Shown here: piece by piece, positions 34,653-45,503 of the stretch | Numbering within the stretch: position 1 is the stretch's first letter | How the letters are laid out: every line of letters begins with the position of its first letter | Source: Anaerolineae bacterium | GTDB taxonomy: Bacteria > Chloroflexota > Anaerolineae > UBA1429 | Assembly: GCA_963675785.1 (NCBI GenBank) | Contig: OY776562.1 | Location: forward strand, 3,104,001 to 3,168,000 | Direction: 5' to 3' | Length of the DNA: 64,000 bases | The notes under the pieces: model-generated | What the model saw: the letters and a program-made list of their open reading frames with translations, nothing else | Database searches by the model: none | What the model was told of the DNA's origin: nothing | Made by a program: the position numbers and the translations under genes

Positions 34653-35924
34653 GTGGTAGATGTTCGCGAGCTTGCGAATCGGGCACTGGCCGCTAGCAAA
34701 CAGCTGGCGCTGCTTTCTACGGATGTGCGCAACAGTGCCTTGCTGGGCATTGCCCAGCGGCTGGATGACGCTGGTGAGGCCCTGTGGGAGGCTAATCGCG
34801 CCGATATTGCGGCGGCGCAAGAGGCGGGTGTGGCTGCTCCCCTCATCGATCGCGCCACGCTGACCCCGAAAAAGCTGGTTGGCATGGCTCAGGGTTGCCG
34901 CGACGTGGCCGCTTTGTCTGATCCTCTCGGCGAACTATTTGATGCTCGCACCATGCCTAATGGCTTGCGCCTGGCTAAAAAGCGCGTCCCCCTGGGCGTG
35001 ATGGCGGTGATATTCGAATCTCGCCCCAACGTGACCATCGATATTGGCGCGCTGGGCATCAAGACGGGCAATGCCGTAATCATGCGCGGTGGGCGCGAAT
35101 CGTTGCAGACCAACATCATTTTGGCTGAATGGGTGCGCGAGGCTTGTGTAGAAGCTGGCGTACCAGCGGATGCTGTGCAGCTCATCACTTCCACCGACCG
35201 TTCGCTGGTACCCGAGCTGTTGGCCATGGACGACATCATCGATCTGGTCATCCCCCGCGGCGGCTCCGGTTTGCAGGCTATGGTCAAAGAGCACGCCCGT
35301 ATGCCGGTGATTTACGGCGGCATCGGCGTTTGCCATCTCTATGTCGATGAATCCGCCGACCTGGAGCGCTCTCTGCCTATCATCAACAACGCCAAGACCC
35401 AGGCTCCCTCGGTATGCAACTCGTTGGATACAGTATTGGTAAACAAAGCCGTGGCAGCACAATTCGTACCGATGATGGTAGCCGACCTGACGGCTTCTGG
35501 TGTCCAAGTGCTGTGCGACGAGGGTTCTCTGGCTTGTGCGCGGGCTGCGGAGGGCATTGATCAAAGTATGATAGATGAGGCCACCCCTGAGGATTACGGT
35601 CGCGAGTTTCTTTCGCTAGCCCTTTCGGTCAAGGTGGTGGATTCCCTCGATGAGGCCATTGCCCACATCGACCGCTTCAGCACGCGGCATTCCGATGGCA
35701 TCCTCACCAATGATTATGCCCATGCCACGCGTTTTACCAACGAGGTCAACTCAGCAGCCGTTTTTGTGAATGCCAGCACGCGCTTTAATGATGGTGGTGA
35801 GTTTGGCCTGGGTGCCGAAGTGGCCATCAGCACCCAAAAGATGCATGCTCGCGGTCCTATGGGCCCCAAAGAGCTGACGACGTACAAGTGGGTGGTGCAA
35901 GGTGATTGGCACTGGCGCAAGTAA
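34653..35924 (+). CDS. proA: gamma-glutamyl phosphate reductase
   Basis: FESRPNVT, IPRGG, SVCNSLDT, NASTRFNDGGEFGLGAEVAISTQKMHARGPMG. Confidence 0.97.
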   Translation: MVDVRELANRALAASKQLALLSTDVRNSALLGIAQRLDDAGEALWEANRADIAAAQEAGVAAPLIDRATLTPKKLVGMAQGCRDVAALSDPLGELFDARTMPNGLRLAKKRVPLGVMAVIFESRPNVTIDIGALGIKTGNAVIMRGGRESLQTNIILAEWVREACVEAGVPADAVQLITSTDRSLVPELLAMDDIIDLVIPRGGSGLQAMVKEHARMPVIYGGIGVCHLYVDESADLERSLPIINNAKTQAPSVCNSLDTVLVNKAVAAQFVPMMVADLTASGVQVLCDEGSLACARAAEGIDQSMIDEATPEDYGREFLSLALSVKVVDSLDEAIAHIDRFSTRHSDGILTNDYAHATRFTNEVNSAAVFVNASTRFNDGGEFGLGAEVAISTQKMHARGPMGPKELTTYKWVVQGDWHWRK

Positions 35925-35940
35925 ACGGAGAGAGACATTT

Positions 35941-37323
35941 GTGAATACGATTGTCGAGCCATCACACGAACTGCCGATTATTGCCGATGTGGATGTAGTT
36001 GTTGTGGGCGGCGGCCCCGGCGGATTTCCAGCGGCTATTGCTGCGGCACGCCACGGTGCCAAGACACTGCTCGTTGAGCGTTATGGCTTTTTGGGCGGTA
36101 TGGCCTCTGCGGGGTTGGTTGCTCCGGTCTTGGGTCACACGGCTCACGAGACTACCGAGCCCATTGTCGAGGGCATTCTCAAAGAAGTAACCGAACGGAT
36201 GCACGCCTTGGGCTGTGCACCTGCCTGGCGAGAGACGCTGGAACGACAAAATATCCCCTTTGATGCTGAAGCACTCAAGATTGTGTTGGATGAGATGTGC
36301 GCCGAGGCCGGTGTGCAAGTGCTGTTTCACACCCGTTTTGCCGATGCCATTGTCGAGAATGACCGCATCACAGCGATCATTGTGGAGAATAAGAGCGGGC
36401 GGCAGGCCATCACCGCCAAGATATTTGTGGACGCCACCGGAGATGCCGACTTGGCTGTGGCGGCTGGCGCCCCTACCACGCACGGGCGGCCTTTCGACGG
36501 CAAGGGCGAATCCATGGGCTCATTCTTTCATTTGGGGGCTGTGCCCGAACTGAGCGAGGAACGGCGCCGCGAGATTACGGCCCAGATCGAACACGAGATG
36601 GAAGACGGTCGTTTCCATTTTTACAACCCCGGTTTTTTGGCCAAGAACAGCTACCATAAGGATCACACCGCAGCCAACATGACCCGTTTCAGCGGCAATC
36701 CCGATTCGGGTGCTGATCTGAGCGCGGGTGAAGCCTCTGTACGGCGCGATGTGTGGGACTTGGTGCGTTATTTGCGCACCACCGTGCCGGAATTTGCTGA
36801 TATCTATATTCAGCAGACCTCGCCACAGATCGGTCCGCGCGAGAGCCGCCAGATTGTCGGCCCCTATGTGTTTACTGGCGAGGACGTGAATACAGGGAAA
36901 AAGTTCGAAGACGCTATCGCTCGCGGTTCTTGGTGGATCGACATTCACTGTCCCCTGGGGAATACTTATCCGGTGCATCTCTGCGTCAAGGATTGCCCTA
37001 TGGGTGCCGATTGCCCCTATTGGGCGGCAGAGCACGAGAACATGCGCCTGACCAGTGAGCTCTACCCGCCCTATGGCGATTGGTACACCATTCCTTACCG
37101 CAGCTTGTTGTCTGTCAAGGTGCCCAATCTCTACGCTTCGGGGCGCTGCATCTCGGCTACCCACGAAGGCATTGCCGGGGCGCGAATCATGAGCACCTGT
37201 ATGGCCATCGGCCAGGCGGTGGGGACAGCGGCAGCCATGGCTCTTGAAGCTGGCTGTGAGTTGATCGATGTCGATACGGCCCGGCTTCGCGATATGCTGG
37301 AAAAAGACGGCGCCCTGGTCTGA
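35941..37323 (+). CDS. FAD-dependent oxidoreductase (FAD_oxidored family)
   Basis: DVVVVGGGPGG, LGGM, FVDATGDAD, RESRQI, IPYRSL, GRCISA, GQAVGTAAA; GTG start with GGAGAG RBS. Confidence 0.88.
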   Translation: MNTIVEPSHELPIIADVDVVVVGGGPGGFPAAIAAARHGAKTLLVERYGFLGGMASAGLVAPVLGHTAHETTEPIVEGILKEVTERMHALGCAPAWRETLERQNIPFDAEALKIVLDEMCAEAGVQVLFHTRFADAIVENDRITAIIVENKSGRQAITAKIFVDATGDADLAVAAGAPTTHGRPFDGKGESMGSFFHLGAVPELSEERRREITAQIEHEMEDGRFHFYNPGFLAKNSYHKDHTAANMTRFSGNPDSGADLSAGEASVRRDVWDLVRYLRTTVPEFADIYIQQTSPQIGPRESRQIVGPYVFTGEDVNTGKKFEDAIARGSWWIDIHCPLGNTYPVHLCVKDCPMGADCPYWAAEHENMRLTSELYPPYGDWYTIPYRSLLSVKVPNLYASGRCISATHEGIAGARIMSTCMAIGQAVGTAAAMALEAGCELIDVDTARLRDMLEKDGALV

Positions 37324-37333
37324 TGCCGGACGC

Positions 37334-37362
37334 TTGACAGGGCTGCTGGGGCGCAACATAGT
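37334..37362 (+). promoter_or_regulatory. sigma70 promoter
   Basis: TTGACA-17bp-CATAGT. Confidence 0.55.
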
Positions 37363-37376
37363 TTGCAGGCAAGCAC

Positions 37377-38588
37377 ATGCCAAAGGAGGCTAGTATGGTT
37401 AGTGGCAAGGATGAACAAAGGATCTTTCCGCGCAAGCTAAAGATGGGCATGGTCGGCGGTGGCCGTGATGCCTTTATCGGTGCCGTACATCGTCGCGCTG
37501 CTCAGTTGGATGGCGATGTCGAGCTGGTGGCCGGCTGTTTTTCCTCCAATCCTGAGAAATCCCAAGCCTCGGGGCGTGACCTTTATGTTGCTCCCGAGCG
37601 GACCTATGGCACCTATCAGGAGATGGTTGAGAAGGAAAGCCAGCTGCCTGAGGGCGAGCGCATCGATTTCGTCTCGGTGGTTACCCCCAATCACATGCAT
37701 TATCCGGTATCCAAGGCCTTTGCGGAAGCGGGTTTCAATGTGGTTTGCGATAAACCGCTGGTGCATACCATGGAGCAGGCCCGCGATCTCAACTGTGTGG
37801 TCAAGAAAGCGGGCGTCTGTTTTGCCGTCAGCTATAACTATACCGGCTATCCCATGGTCAAGCAGGCTCGTTACCTGGTGCAATCGGGCGCGCTGGGCGA
37901 GATTCGCAAAGTCATCGTCGAGTATCCTCAGGGCTGGTTGGCGGAACGTGTAGAGAACGAGGGCAGCAAGCAAGCCGCTTGGCGCACCGATCCGGCACGT
38001 TCGGGTATATCCGGCTGCATTGGCGATATTGGCTCCCACGCCGAGAATCTGGCTTCTTATATTACTGGTCTAGAACTCGAAGCAATCTGTGCCGACCTGA
38101 GCATCTTTGCCCCTGGTCGCCAGTTGGACGACGACGGCAACATTTTGCTGCGCTATACCAATGGCGCTCGTGGTGTGCTGACGGCATCGCAGGTATGCCC
38201 TGGCCAAGAGAACAGTTTGCGCATTCGCGTTTGGGGCACCAAGGCGGGCATCGAGTGGGTACAAGAGGAGCCGAATTTCCTGTATGTGTTCAGCAACAGC
38301 GAGCCTCTACAGGTTTTCAAGCCGGGCAATGGCTATGTGTGCGAGGCCGCTGCTGCAGCGACACGCCTGCCTGCCGGGCATCCGGAGGCTTTTATCGAGG
38401 CTTTTGCCAATATCTATCATGGTTTTTGCGATGATGTACGGGCCAAACTGATGGGCCAGGAATTGGGCACCTCGCTTCTTGACTACCCCTCGGTGTTGGA
38501 GGGCGCGCGGGGCGTTTACTTTATCAACAAGGCCGTAGAGAGCAGCCATTCGGACGTCAAGTGGCTACCCATGGCTTTTGAGCTCTAG
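37377..38588 (+). CDS. Gfo/Idh/MocA family oxidoreductase
   Basis: GMVGGG..AFIG.VH, TPNHMH, CDKP, GDIGSH. Confidence 0.92.
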   Translation: MPKEASMVSGKDEQRIFPRKLKMGMVGGGRDAFIGAVHRRAAQLDGDVELVAGCFSSNPEKSQASGRDLYVAPERTYGTYQEMVEKESQLPEGERIDFVSVVTPNHMHYPVSKAFAEAGFNVVCDKPLVHTMEQARDLNCVVKKAGVCFAVSYNYTGYPMVKQARYLVQSGALGEIRKVIVEYPQGWLAERVENEGSKQAAWRTDPARSGISGCIGDIGSHAENLASYITGLELEAICADLSIFAPGRQLDDDGNILLRYTNGARGVLTASQVCPGQENSLRIRVWGTKAGIEWVQEEPNFLYVFSNSEPLQVFKPGNGYVCEAAAAATRLPAGHPEAFIEAFANIYHGFCDDVRAKLMGQELGTSLLDYPSVLEGARGVYFINKAVESSHSDVKWLPMAFEL

Positions 38589-38611
38589 TGGCATAGTAAG
38601 AGGAGAATGAG

Positions 38612-39616
38612 ATGACCAGACCTGTAACGCTTTTTACCGGCCAGTGGGCCGATCTGCCCTTTGCGACGGTTTGTGAAAAGGCAGCTTCTTGGGGATATGA
38701 TGGCCTGGAGATCGCCTGTTGGGGTGACCATTTCGATGTGGTCAAGGCTGTTGAGGACGACACCTATTGCCAGAATCGCTGGGACATTCTCAACAAGTAT
38801 GGCTTGAAATGCTACGCCATCAGCACGCATCTGACGGGGCAGTTGGTGTGCGATTACCCATTGGATGAGCGCCACAAGGACATGGCTTTGCCGCGTGTTT
38901 GGGGCGATGGCGATCCCGAAGGCGTGCATCGGCGTGCCGCCGAAGAGGTCAAGACTACGGCTCGCGCCGCGAAAAAGTTTGGTGTGGACATTGTGAACGG
39001 TTTTACTGGCTCGAGTGTGTGGTACACCCTGGCCATGTTCCCACCCACGCCCGATGCGATGATCGCCCGCGGCTATCAGGATTTCGCTGACCGTTGGAAT
39101 CCCATCATCGATGTGTTCGACGAAATGGGCGTCAAGTTTGCGCTCGAAGTGCACCCCTCTGAGATCGCCTATGATTTCTGGAGCACCAAGCGCACCTTGG
39201 AGGCCATCGGTAACCGCGAGGGCTTTGGCATCAACTTTGACCCCAGCCATCTCTATTGGCAGATGGTCGATCCGGTGCTCTTTGTGTACGAGTTTGCTGA
39301 CCGTATCTATCACATGCACGTCAAAGAGTCGGTGCGTAATCTCGATGGACGCAATGGCATCCTCAGCTCCAACCTACCTTTTGGCGATCATCGCCGCGGC
39401 TGGAACTTTGTCTCTCCGGGGCGTGGCGGCGTGCCCTTTGAAAAGGTATTCCGGGCGCTCAACGATGTGGGCTATACTGGGCCGCTCTCGGTTGAGTGGG
39501 AAGACAATGGCATGGACCGCATGCAGGGCGCGCCTGAGGCGTTGGCCCTCTGTCGCCGTCTGGATCTTACGCCTTCTGATGTGGCTTTTGATGCCGCTTT
39601 CAGCAGCGAGAAATAA
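38612..39616 (+). CDS. sugar phosphate isomerase/epimerase
   Basis: [40 protein letters not shown]. Confidence 0.9.
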   Translation: MTRPVTLFTGQWADLPFATVCEKAASWGYDGLEIACWGDHFDVVKAVEDDTYCQNRWDILNKYGLKCYAISTHLTGQLVCDYPLDERHKDMALPRVWGDGDPEGVHRRAAEEVKTTARAAKKFGVDIVNGFTGSSVWYTLAMFPPTPDAMIARGYQDFADRWNPIIDVFDEMGVKFALEVHPSEIAYDFWSTKRTLEAIGNREGFGINFDPSHLYWQMVDPVLFVYEFADRIYHMHVKESVRNLDGRNGILSSNLPFGDHRRGWNFVSPGRGGVPFEKVFRALNDVGYTGPLSVEWEDNGMDRMQGAPEALALCRRLDLTPSDVAFDAAFSSEK

Positions 39617-39630
39617 ACTGCGGAGAACGC

Positions 39631-39663
39631 AAAAACGGGGGCGAGTTATTCGCCCCCGTTTTT
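39631..39663. terminator. bidirectional intrinsic terminator
   Basis: AAAACGGGGGCGA-GTTAT-TCGCCCCCGTTTT. Confidence 0.85.
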
Positions 39664-39669
39664 GCTTGC

Positions 39670-40716
39670 TTAGGGTTCGAGGATGACCTTCATCAAGCCC
39701 GGTTCGTGCTTGTAGAGCCGCTGGAACCAATCATCGCCTTCAGAAAGCGGTGCTATGGCGCTAATGAGCGCCTCGACATCGATGACGCCGCGAGCGATCA
39801 TATCCAGGCAAGCGGGGTATTCGCCAGCCGAGGCACAAGAGCCATAGAGCGTGATTTGCCGTGTAACCACCTGCTGCAGCGGAAAGTTGGTTTTCGGCGC
39901 CACATTGCCCACCAGCGTGACGGTGCCGCCCTTGTGGATGCAGGTGAGCGCCGTTTGCAGGGTGGGATCGATGCCCACCACTTCAAAGGCGTGGTCAGCA
40001 CCTTGTCCACGGGTGAGGGCCTGTATTTCTACTGCGGTATCTTGCAGATCCGAGCGAATGGCGTGGTCGGCACCCAGCGTGAGCGCTTTCTCCAGGCGGC
40101 CAGCATCCAAATCGACGGCGATGATGGTGCCGCAACCGGCAGCGCGCAAGGCCTGAATGACCAGCAGCCCGATCATGCCGGCGCCTACCACCACGGCACT
40201 ATCATTCAGCTTGATGGGCGTGCGGTCCACGGCGTGAAAGGCCACCGAAACCGGCTCGACCATGGCTGCCTGTACAAAGGAAACATCATTGGGCAGGGCA
40301 TAGAGGATGTGTTGAGGCACCACCACGTATTCGGCAAAGGCCCCATCCTGGCGATAATCCTCGCAAGAGACGCCCAGTACACGGCGATTATCGCAGAGGT
40401 TGATGAGCCCCTGGCGGCAATAGCTGCATTCGCCGCAATAGATGGTCGAGTCAAAGGTGACGCGGTCGCCTGGCTGCCAGCCTGTAATACCAGAGCCGAC
40501 GCTTTCGATGATGCCAGCGGCTTCATGCCCCATGATGACTGGGGGAACGCGGCGCCCCGTGCTACCGTCCATACCATGCACATCACTGCCGCAAATGCCG
40601 CAGGCCTTGATGTGTATGAGTACCTCGTTAGCGGCGGGCTCAGGCTTGGGCACGTCGGTCAGGGTAAAACGGCCATATTCGGCCATCACAAGGGCTTGCA
40701 TAGTTATCTCCTTCAA
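39670..40716 (-). CDS. Zn-dependent sugar alcohol dehydrogenase (sorbitol/galactitol-1-P type)
   Basis: CGICGSD, GHE, CGECSYC...C, GAGMIG. Confidence 0.92.
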   Translation of the reverse strand: MKEITMQALVMAEYGRFTLTDVPKPEPAANEVLIHIKACGICGSDVHGMDGSTGRRVPPVIMGHEAAGIIESVGSGITGWQPGDRVTFDSTIYCGECSYCRQGLINLCDNRRVLGVSCEDYRQDGAFAEYVVVPQHILYALPNDVSFVQAAMVEPVSVAFHAVDRTPIKLNDSAVVVGAGMIGLLVIQALRAAGCGTIIAVDLDAGRLEKALTLGADHAIRSDLQDTAVEIQALTRGQGADHAFEVVGIDPTLQTALTCIHKGGTVTLVGNVAPKTNFPLQQVVTRQITLYGSCASAGEYPACLDMIARGVIDVEALISAIAPLSEGDDWFQRLYKHEPGLMKVILEP

Positions 40717-40740
40717 TCAGATACGGGCCAGGGCGTTATT

Positions 40741-41658
40741 TTACAGTAAAGCGCGCATGTTGCGCGATAGAGCTTGGCCCCACCAGGCGTCATTCAGGTT
40801 GAGCGCTTCGAGTGCATTTCTTGTTTTTTCGGGCAAATCGTCATATTCGCCGCCAGCGCAAATAGCGTCGATGTCGGCTTCATCAAAGGGATCCTCGACC
40901 GCCTCGGTGTGGATGTGCCCTTTGTCTTGCGGACAGGCCATCTGGCAGCGCATACAGCCGACAAGGGTGTGGTGCACCGAGGGGTTCAACCATTCGGGAA
41001 AATCGCCGCCGTGCTCGTTGAGATAGGTCAGGCAGCGTTCACCGTGAATGATGTTTCTATCGAGATCGATGCATTGCGTGGGGCAAGCGCGCACGCAGAC
41101 TCGGCAGGTTTCACATTCAGGCATACGCGCTGCGGGTCCCCAAGTATAATCATCTGGCGCTGGCATGTCGCTAACAAAAGCGTTGAGACGGATAAAACTT
41201 CCGAATTGCGGATTGTAACTGATGTTGTTGCGCCCATAAAGACACAGTCCACTTCTTACGGCAGTTAGCTTCATGGGGATTCCGCCAGGGCGTTGGCACT
41301 GGAAACCGGCTTGTTCCATAACGTCCTGAACGTGCTGCTTTGTCCTGGCATCGTTGCGGCCATAGGCATAGCCTGGCGGTAGAATGAACTCGTGTCGTTT
41401 ACCGCGATAGGTTAAATGCAGAAAAAGCATGGGTTCGGGTGTTACCGTCACAATTACCGAGCGTGCTTCGGGAAACTGTGTTTGCAGGTTTGTTTCAAAA
41501 TAGCGCTTGTAGCTCTTGGCGAACTTGTCATCCAGGCTGTCTGAATTAAAGAGGGCGCGCATTTCATCAAGGGCTTCATCGACGCAGGTTATCGGCAGGA
41601 TGCGAACTTGGCATTCGCTGTTCTGAAGAGCGGCTCGTACTTGATCCTGGATTTTCAC
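40741..41658 (-). CDS. epoxyqueuosine reductase-like 2x[4Fe-4S] protein
   Basis: K..AVRSGL..YGRNN, GSF, CETCRVCVRACP, C..GCMRCQMACP. Confidence 0.8.
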   Translation of the reverse strand: MKIQDQVRAALQNSECQVRILPITCVDEALDEMRALFNSDSLDDKFAKSYKRYFETNLQTQFPEARSVIVTVTPEPMLFLHLTYRGKRHEFILPPGYAYGRNDARTKQHVQDVMEQAGFQCQRPGGIPMKLTAVRSGLCLYGRNNISYNPQFGSFIRLNAFVSDMPAPDDYTWGPAARMPECETCRVCVRACPTQCIDLDRNIIHGERCLTYLNEHGGDFPEWLNPSVHHTLVGCMRCQMACPQDKGHIHTEAVEDPFDEADIDAICAGGEYDDLPEKTRNALEALNLNDAWWGQALSRNMRALL

Positions 41659-41796
41659 TAGGCCCCTCCATGTTCAGTTGGTTCAATCATGCCCATCAGT
41701 CAATCATTCTGTACAAGAGCATTTTCCTTGTCTCTTATAGCATGGCCTATCGCTTGCCGCAATTATCAGCGTTCCTGGCTTAACAGGTGACGTGCT

Positions 41797-41825
41797 TTGA
41801 CAGGCCTGTGGCCCCGGTTTAGAAT
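41797..41825 (+). promoter_or_regulatory. sigma70 promoter
   Basis: TTGACA-17bp-TAGAAT. Confidence 0.75.
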
Positions 41826-41854
41826 CGTAGCATCCTACCTTTGGAGGCATTTTC

Positions 41855-42802
41855 TTGCGCAAAATCCTCAAATTCCTGCTCAACATAATCGTTGCTCTCA
41901 TCTTGATCCTGGCTGCTGCGGCTATTTTGTTAGCGGGTTATTCTGCAGTGATGGCGGGGAATTGGGAGCAGTATTCTCTGGATGAAAACGCTCAAGGCGG
42001 AGAATGGACTTGGATTGACGATCAACCCTACCACTATGAGACCTGGGGGCCCGATGATGGCCCGGTCATCGTTCTGATACATGGCGGTTATGTCGAAGGC
42101 TCCAAAACCTGGGAGAACAATGCCACCGACATCGCTCGTTCAGGCGTACGTGTGGTTGCTGTGGACCTTGCTGGCCTTGGCCTGTCTTCTCGCAATGTAG
42201 ACCAGGATTTCACGCTAACAGGGCAGGCGCAGCTTGTGGCTATGGTGCTGAACGAATTGCGAATCGTCAATGCTACGGTGGTTGGCCACGATTATGGCGC
42301 CGCAGTGGCATTGGAACTCGCCCAGATCCAGCCGCAATTCGTGGGCAGTATAGCACTCATAGCGCCGCAGCTCGATGCTACAGCCTGGCCTAGTTGGCGT
42401 AGGTGGTCTAGCATATCTTTTCTGCGTAACGGTTTTGCTTGGGCCTTGGATTGCGGGGGGCTGTTCTGGAAGAACAGAATCGCAAGCGAATTTGTCGATC
42501 CCTCGATTGCCGCCGATTATATCGAGACGCAGCGACCCATGACACAGATCGATGGCACAATGAATGCCTTGGTAGCCATTGCCCAGACGGAAGAGCCCGG
42601 CTTGAGGGAGCAATGGCAAGAGCTGGATTTGCCGATGATGGTTATCGTTGGCGATTCGGACCCAGAAATTGATGCGGACAAGATCGGCGATGAATTCCCG
42701 AACGCCGAGCTGCGTATCATCGAGAACGCTGGGCACATGCCGCAGGTAGAAGCCAGTACACAGGTCAACCGGCTGTTGGTTCAGTTCTCTTTGGAAGATT
42801 AA
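41855..42802 (+). CDS. membrane-anchored alpha/beta hydrolase
   Basis: N-terminal TM, LIHGG, DLAGLGLS, GHDYG, GDSD, AGH. Confidence 0.85.
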   Translation: MRKILKFLLNIIVALILILAAAAILLAGYSAVMAGNWEQYSLDENAQGGEWTWIDDQPYHYETWGPDDGPVIVLIHGGYVEGSKTWENNATDIARSGVRVVAVDLAGLGLSSRNVDQDFTLTGQAQLVAMVLNELRIVNATVVGHDYGAAVALELAQIQPQFVGSIALIAPQLDATAWPSWRRWSSISFLRNGFAWALDCGGLFWKNRIASEFVDPSIAADYIETQRPMTQIDGTMNALVAIAQTEEPGLREQWQELDLPMMVIVGDSDPEIDADKIGDEFPNAELRIIENAGHMPQVEASTQVNRLLVQFSLED

Positions 42803-42805
42803 AAT

Positions 42806-42841
42806 AAAAAAAGAGGGGCTCGTAAGAGCCCCTCTTTTTTT
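42806..42841. terminator. bidirectional intrinsic terminator
   Basis: AAAAAAAGAGGGGCTC-GTAA-GAGCCCCTCTTTTTTT. Confidence 0.92.
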
Positions 42842-42861
42842 ATTTGCGGGAGAGATAGATA

Positions 42862-44448
42862 TTAGTCAGCGCGGTAATGGCAGCCGTGGCTGGCGCGATT
42901 TTCCCAAGCGGCACGTGCGACGATTTGTGCTGCCAGTGCAGCATGTCGCAGACTGATAAGGCTTTCTTCAAGCTGTGCGGAGCGGTAAAAGGCGTCGATA
43001 TCGTTGCCCAGATTGTTTAGATCAGACAGGGCGCGCCTGAGCCGCCGTGAGGTGCGAATGAGCCCCACATAGTACCACATGGTATGGCGTATGGTGGCCA
43101 TATCGTGCTTGATGAGCGCCGGGTCAGCCGGGTCAATGGCCTCTTTATCCGACCATTCAGGGATGTTTTCCGCATTGACCGGACTCAAACTATCGAGGGT
43201 GACGGCGATATTGCGCGCTGCGCGATAACCCCAGACCAGTCCCTCCAGCAACGAGGCGCTGCCCAGACGATTGGCGCCGTGTACGCCTGTGCACGAGACC
43301 TCACCTGCGGCGTAAAGCCGCTGCAAGCTAGTGCGTCCCCATTTATCTACCCAAACGCCACCACAGAAATAGTGGGCTGCCGGCACCACAGGAATCGGTT
43401 CCTTGGTGGGATCGACGCCATATTTCATGCAGGATTCATAGATATTGGGAAAGCGCTGCTTGATCTTGTCGGCTGGCATGACGGAGGCGATATCCAGATA
43501 GACGGAGGAAGCACCTGTGGTCAGCATTTCCTGATGGATGCCTCGGGCAACCTCATCGCGTGGTGCCAGATCGCCCCATTCAGGTGCGTAGCGGTGCATA
43601 AAGGGCTCACCACTGGCATTCAACAGATGGGCGCCTTCGCCACGTAAGGCTTCAGAGATGAGGAACTGAGAATCACCTTTGTAATAAAAGGTGGTTGGAT
43701 GAAACTGGACATACTCGGCATTGATGATGCGAGCGCCGGCCCGGTAAGCCATGGCCAGTCCGTCTCCGGTAGCTCCCTCTGGGTTAGAGGTGTGCAAGAA
43801 TATCTGCCCCAGACCGCCGGTAGCCAGAATGGTTACTTTGGCAACCACAGTGATGGTCTTGTTGTTTTTGAGGTCATAAGCATAGGCGCCCACACAAGAG
43901 AGCGGCTCATAAACGGCCCGAGGATCGGTCGAGTGATGGGCGGGCGTGAGTAAGTCAACGGCAACATGTTGGGTGAGGATATGCACGTTGGGTCGATCTT
44001 TGAGGGCATGCATCAGGGCCCTCTCAATTGCGTTTCCGGTTGAATCATTGACGTGCAAGATACGGCTGGTCGAATGGGCTGCCTCACGCGTGCGCTCTAG
44101 CAGGTTGTTCTCATCCATGGTAAAGGGTACGGCGTACTCATCTACCAATAGTTGGCGAACCAGCTGAGGCCCCTCGTGGGCTAGAATATCCACGGCCTCG
44201 CGGTTGTTGATGTCATCGCCAGCTCGAATCAGGTCTGCTGCAAGCTGCTCGGGAGAGTCCTCATTGCCCTGATAGATAATACCACCCTGCGCATAACGGG
44301 TATTGGTCTCCTCGGGCTCTTTGGATTTGGTGATGATCATGATGCGCAGCTTTTCGTTCTCCGAAAGACGTAGCGCTGCCGTGGCCCCGGCAATGCCGCA
44401 GCCGATGATCAGCACATCACAGGTTAGCTTTTCGCCATTTTCACTCAT
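42862..44448 (-). CDS. nadB: L-aspartate oxidase
   Basis: IGCGIAG, TRYAQGGI, EAAHS..RILH, QFHPT, SEALRGEGA, AHYFCGG, HGANRL. Confidence 0.95.
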   Translation of the reverse strand: MSENGEKLTCDVLIIGCGIAGATAALRLSENEKLRIMIITKSKEPEETNTRYAQGGIIYQGNEDSPEQLAADLIRAGDDINNREAVDILAHEGPQLVRQLLVDEYAVPFTMDENNLLERTREAAHSTSRILHVNDSTGNAIERALMHALKDRPNVHILTQHVAVDLLTPAHHSTDPRAVYEPLSCVGAYAYDLKNNKTITVVAKVTILATGGLGQIFLHTSNPEGATGDGLAMAYRAGARIINAEYVQFHPTTFYYKGDSQFLISEALRGEGAHLLNASGEPFMHRYAPEWGDLAPRDEVARGIHQEMLTTGASSVYLDIASVMPADKIKQRFPNIYESCMKYGVDPTKEPIPVVPAAHYFCGGVWVDKWGRTSLQRLYAAGEVSCTGVHGANRLGSASLLEGLVWGYRAARNIAVTLDSLSPVNAENIPEWSDKEAIDPADPALIKHDMATIRHTMWYYVGLIRTSRRLRRALSDLNNLGNDIDAFYRSAQLEESLISLRHAALAAQIVARAAWENRASHGCHYRAD

Positions 44449-44449
44449 C

Positions 44450-45502
44450 TCAATTTGCCTCCAACATGCGCTCGAGAGCGAGGCGTGCCCACCTAGCAAT
44501 CTCTTGAGGAACGGTGACAACATTGTGGGGTTCGCCCGCAACCAGGCCTTGCAGCACATTGAGTAAATGCTGGGGAGTGGTTATGCCCATAGTTCGGCAG
44601 TATCGCTCTGCAAGCGGAACGATGGTTCTATCAGGATATTCTCTATCTAGACGGTGAACGAGATTGCACTCGGTGCCGACGACGATGGTCGAGCCAGGGG
44701 CGGATTCCTCGACGAAAGCAATGATGCCCGTTGTCGAACCAGAAGCATCGGCCAAAGCGACGACCTCGTGGCGGCATTCCGGATGAACGACGATGCGTGC
44801 ATTCGGATAGGTCTTTCGCGCATTCATAACGTCCTGCACGGTCATGCCCTGGTGCACTGAACAAAAGCCCTTCCAGACGACAACACGCTTATCTGCAAAA
44901 GTCTCTGGTGATGCTGATGAACTGGGATTCCACAAACCAATTTCTTCGAGGGGGATGCCCATTTGCAGGGCGGTGTTGGTGCCCAGATGCTCGTCGGGCA
45001 TGAACAGGATGTGGCCTTGGCGAGCAAAAGCCCACTTGAAGATGGCCTCAGCATTGGCAGAAGTACACACTGCACCGCCGTGTTGGCCAACAAAGGCCTT
45101 GGTTTCCGCGGTCGAGTTCTGGTAGGTAATGGGAATCAAATCGTCACCCCAGACCGTTTGCAGAGTCTGCCAGGCAATCGCCGCATCTTGGGCTGTAGTC
45201 ATACGCGCCATGGGGCAGAAGGCCTCTGGCGCCGGTTGCATAACAGTCTGTTTTGCGGAACAAAGAATGGCGGCTGTTTCCGCCATAAAAACTACACCGC
45301 AAAAGATGATATAGGGTGCACTGGTAGCGGCTGCTTGTTTTGAAAGCCCCAACGAATCACCACGGTAATCTGCAAATTGGATGACCTCATCGGGCTGGTA
45401 ATGGTGCCCCAGAATGGTGATACGTTCACCAAGCTCTGCTTTGAGGCGTGCAATCTCCGCAAGGACATCTTCTGTTGCGTTTGAAGACATTTCAGGGACC
45501 AT
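44450..45502 (-). CDS. nadA: quinolinate synthase
   Basis: ILGHHYQ, FCGVVFMAE, CPMA, CSVH, HPEC, CRTM. Confidence 0.95.
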   Translation of the reverse strand: MVPEMSSNATEDVLAEIARLKAELGERITILGHHYQPDEVIQFADYRGDSLGLSKQAAATSAPYIIFCGVVFMAETAAILCSAKQTVMQPAPEAFCPMARMTTAQDAAIAWQTLQTVWGDDLIPITYQNSTAETKAFVGQHGGAVCTSANAEAIFKWAFARQGHILFMPDEHLGTNTALQMGIPLEEIGLWNPSSSASPETFADKRVVVWKGFCSVHQGMTVQDVMNARKTYPNARIVVHPECRHEVVALADASGSTTGIIAFVEESAPGSTIVVGTECNLVHRLDREYPDRTIVPLAERYCRTMGITTPQHLLNVLQGLVAGEPHNVVTVPQEIARWARLALERMLEAN

Positions 45503-45503
45503 A

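Noticed and set aside
36520-37383. 287-aa minus-strand ORF, and similar long antisense ORFs within the ilv/leu genes
   Set aside because: Shadow ORFs expected from GC-rich codon bias opposite well-supported genes.
39706-40749. 347-aa plus-strand ORF
   Set aside because: Antisense shadow of the Zn-dependent dehydrogenase; no recognisable motifs.
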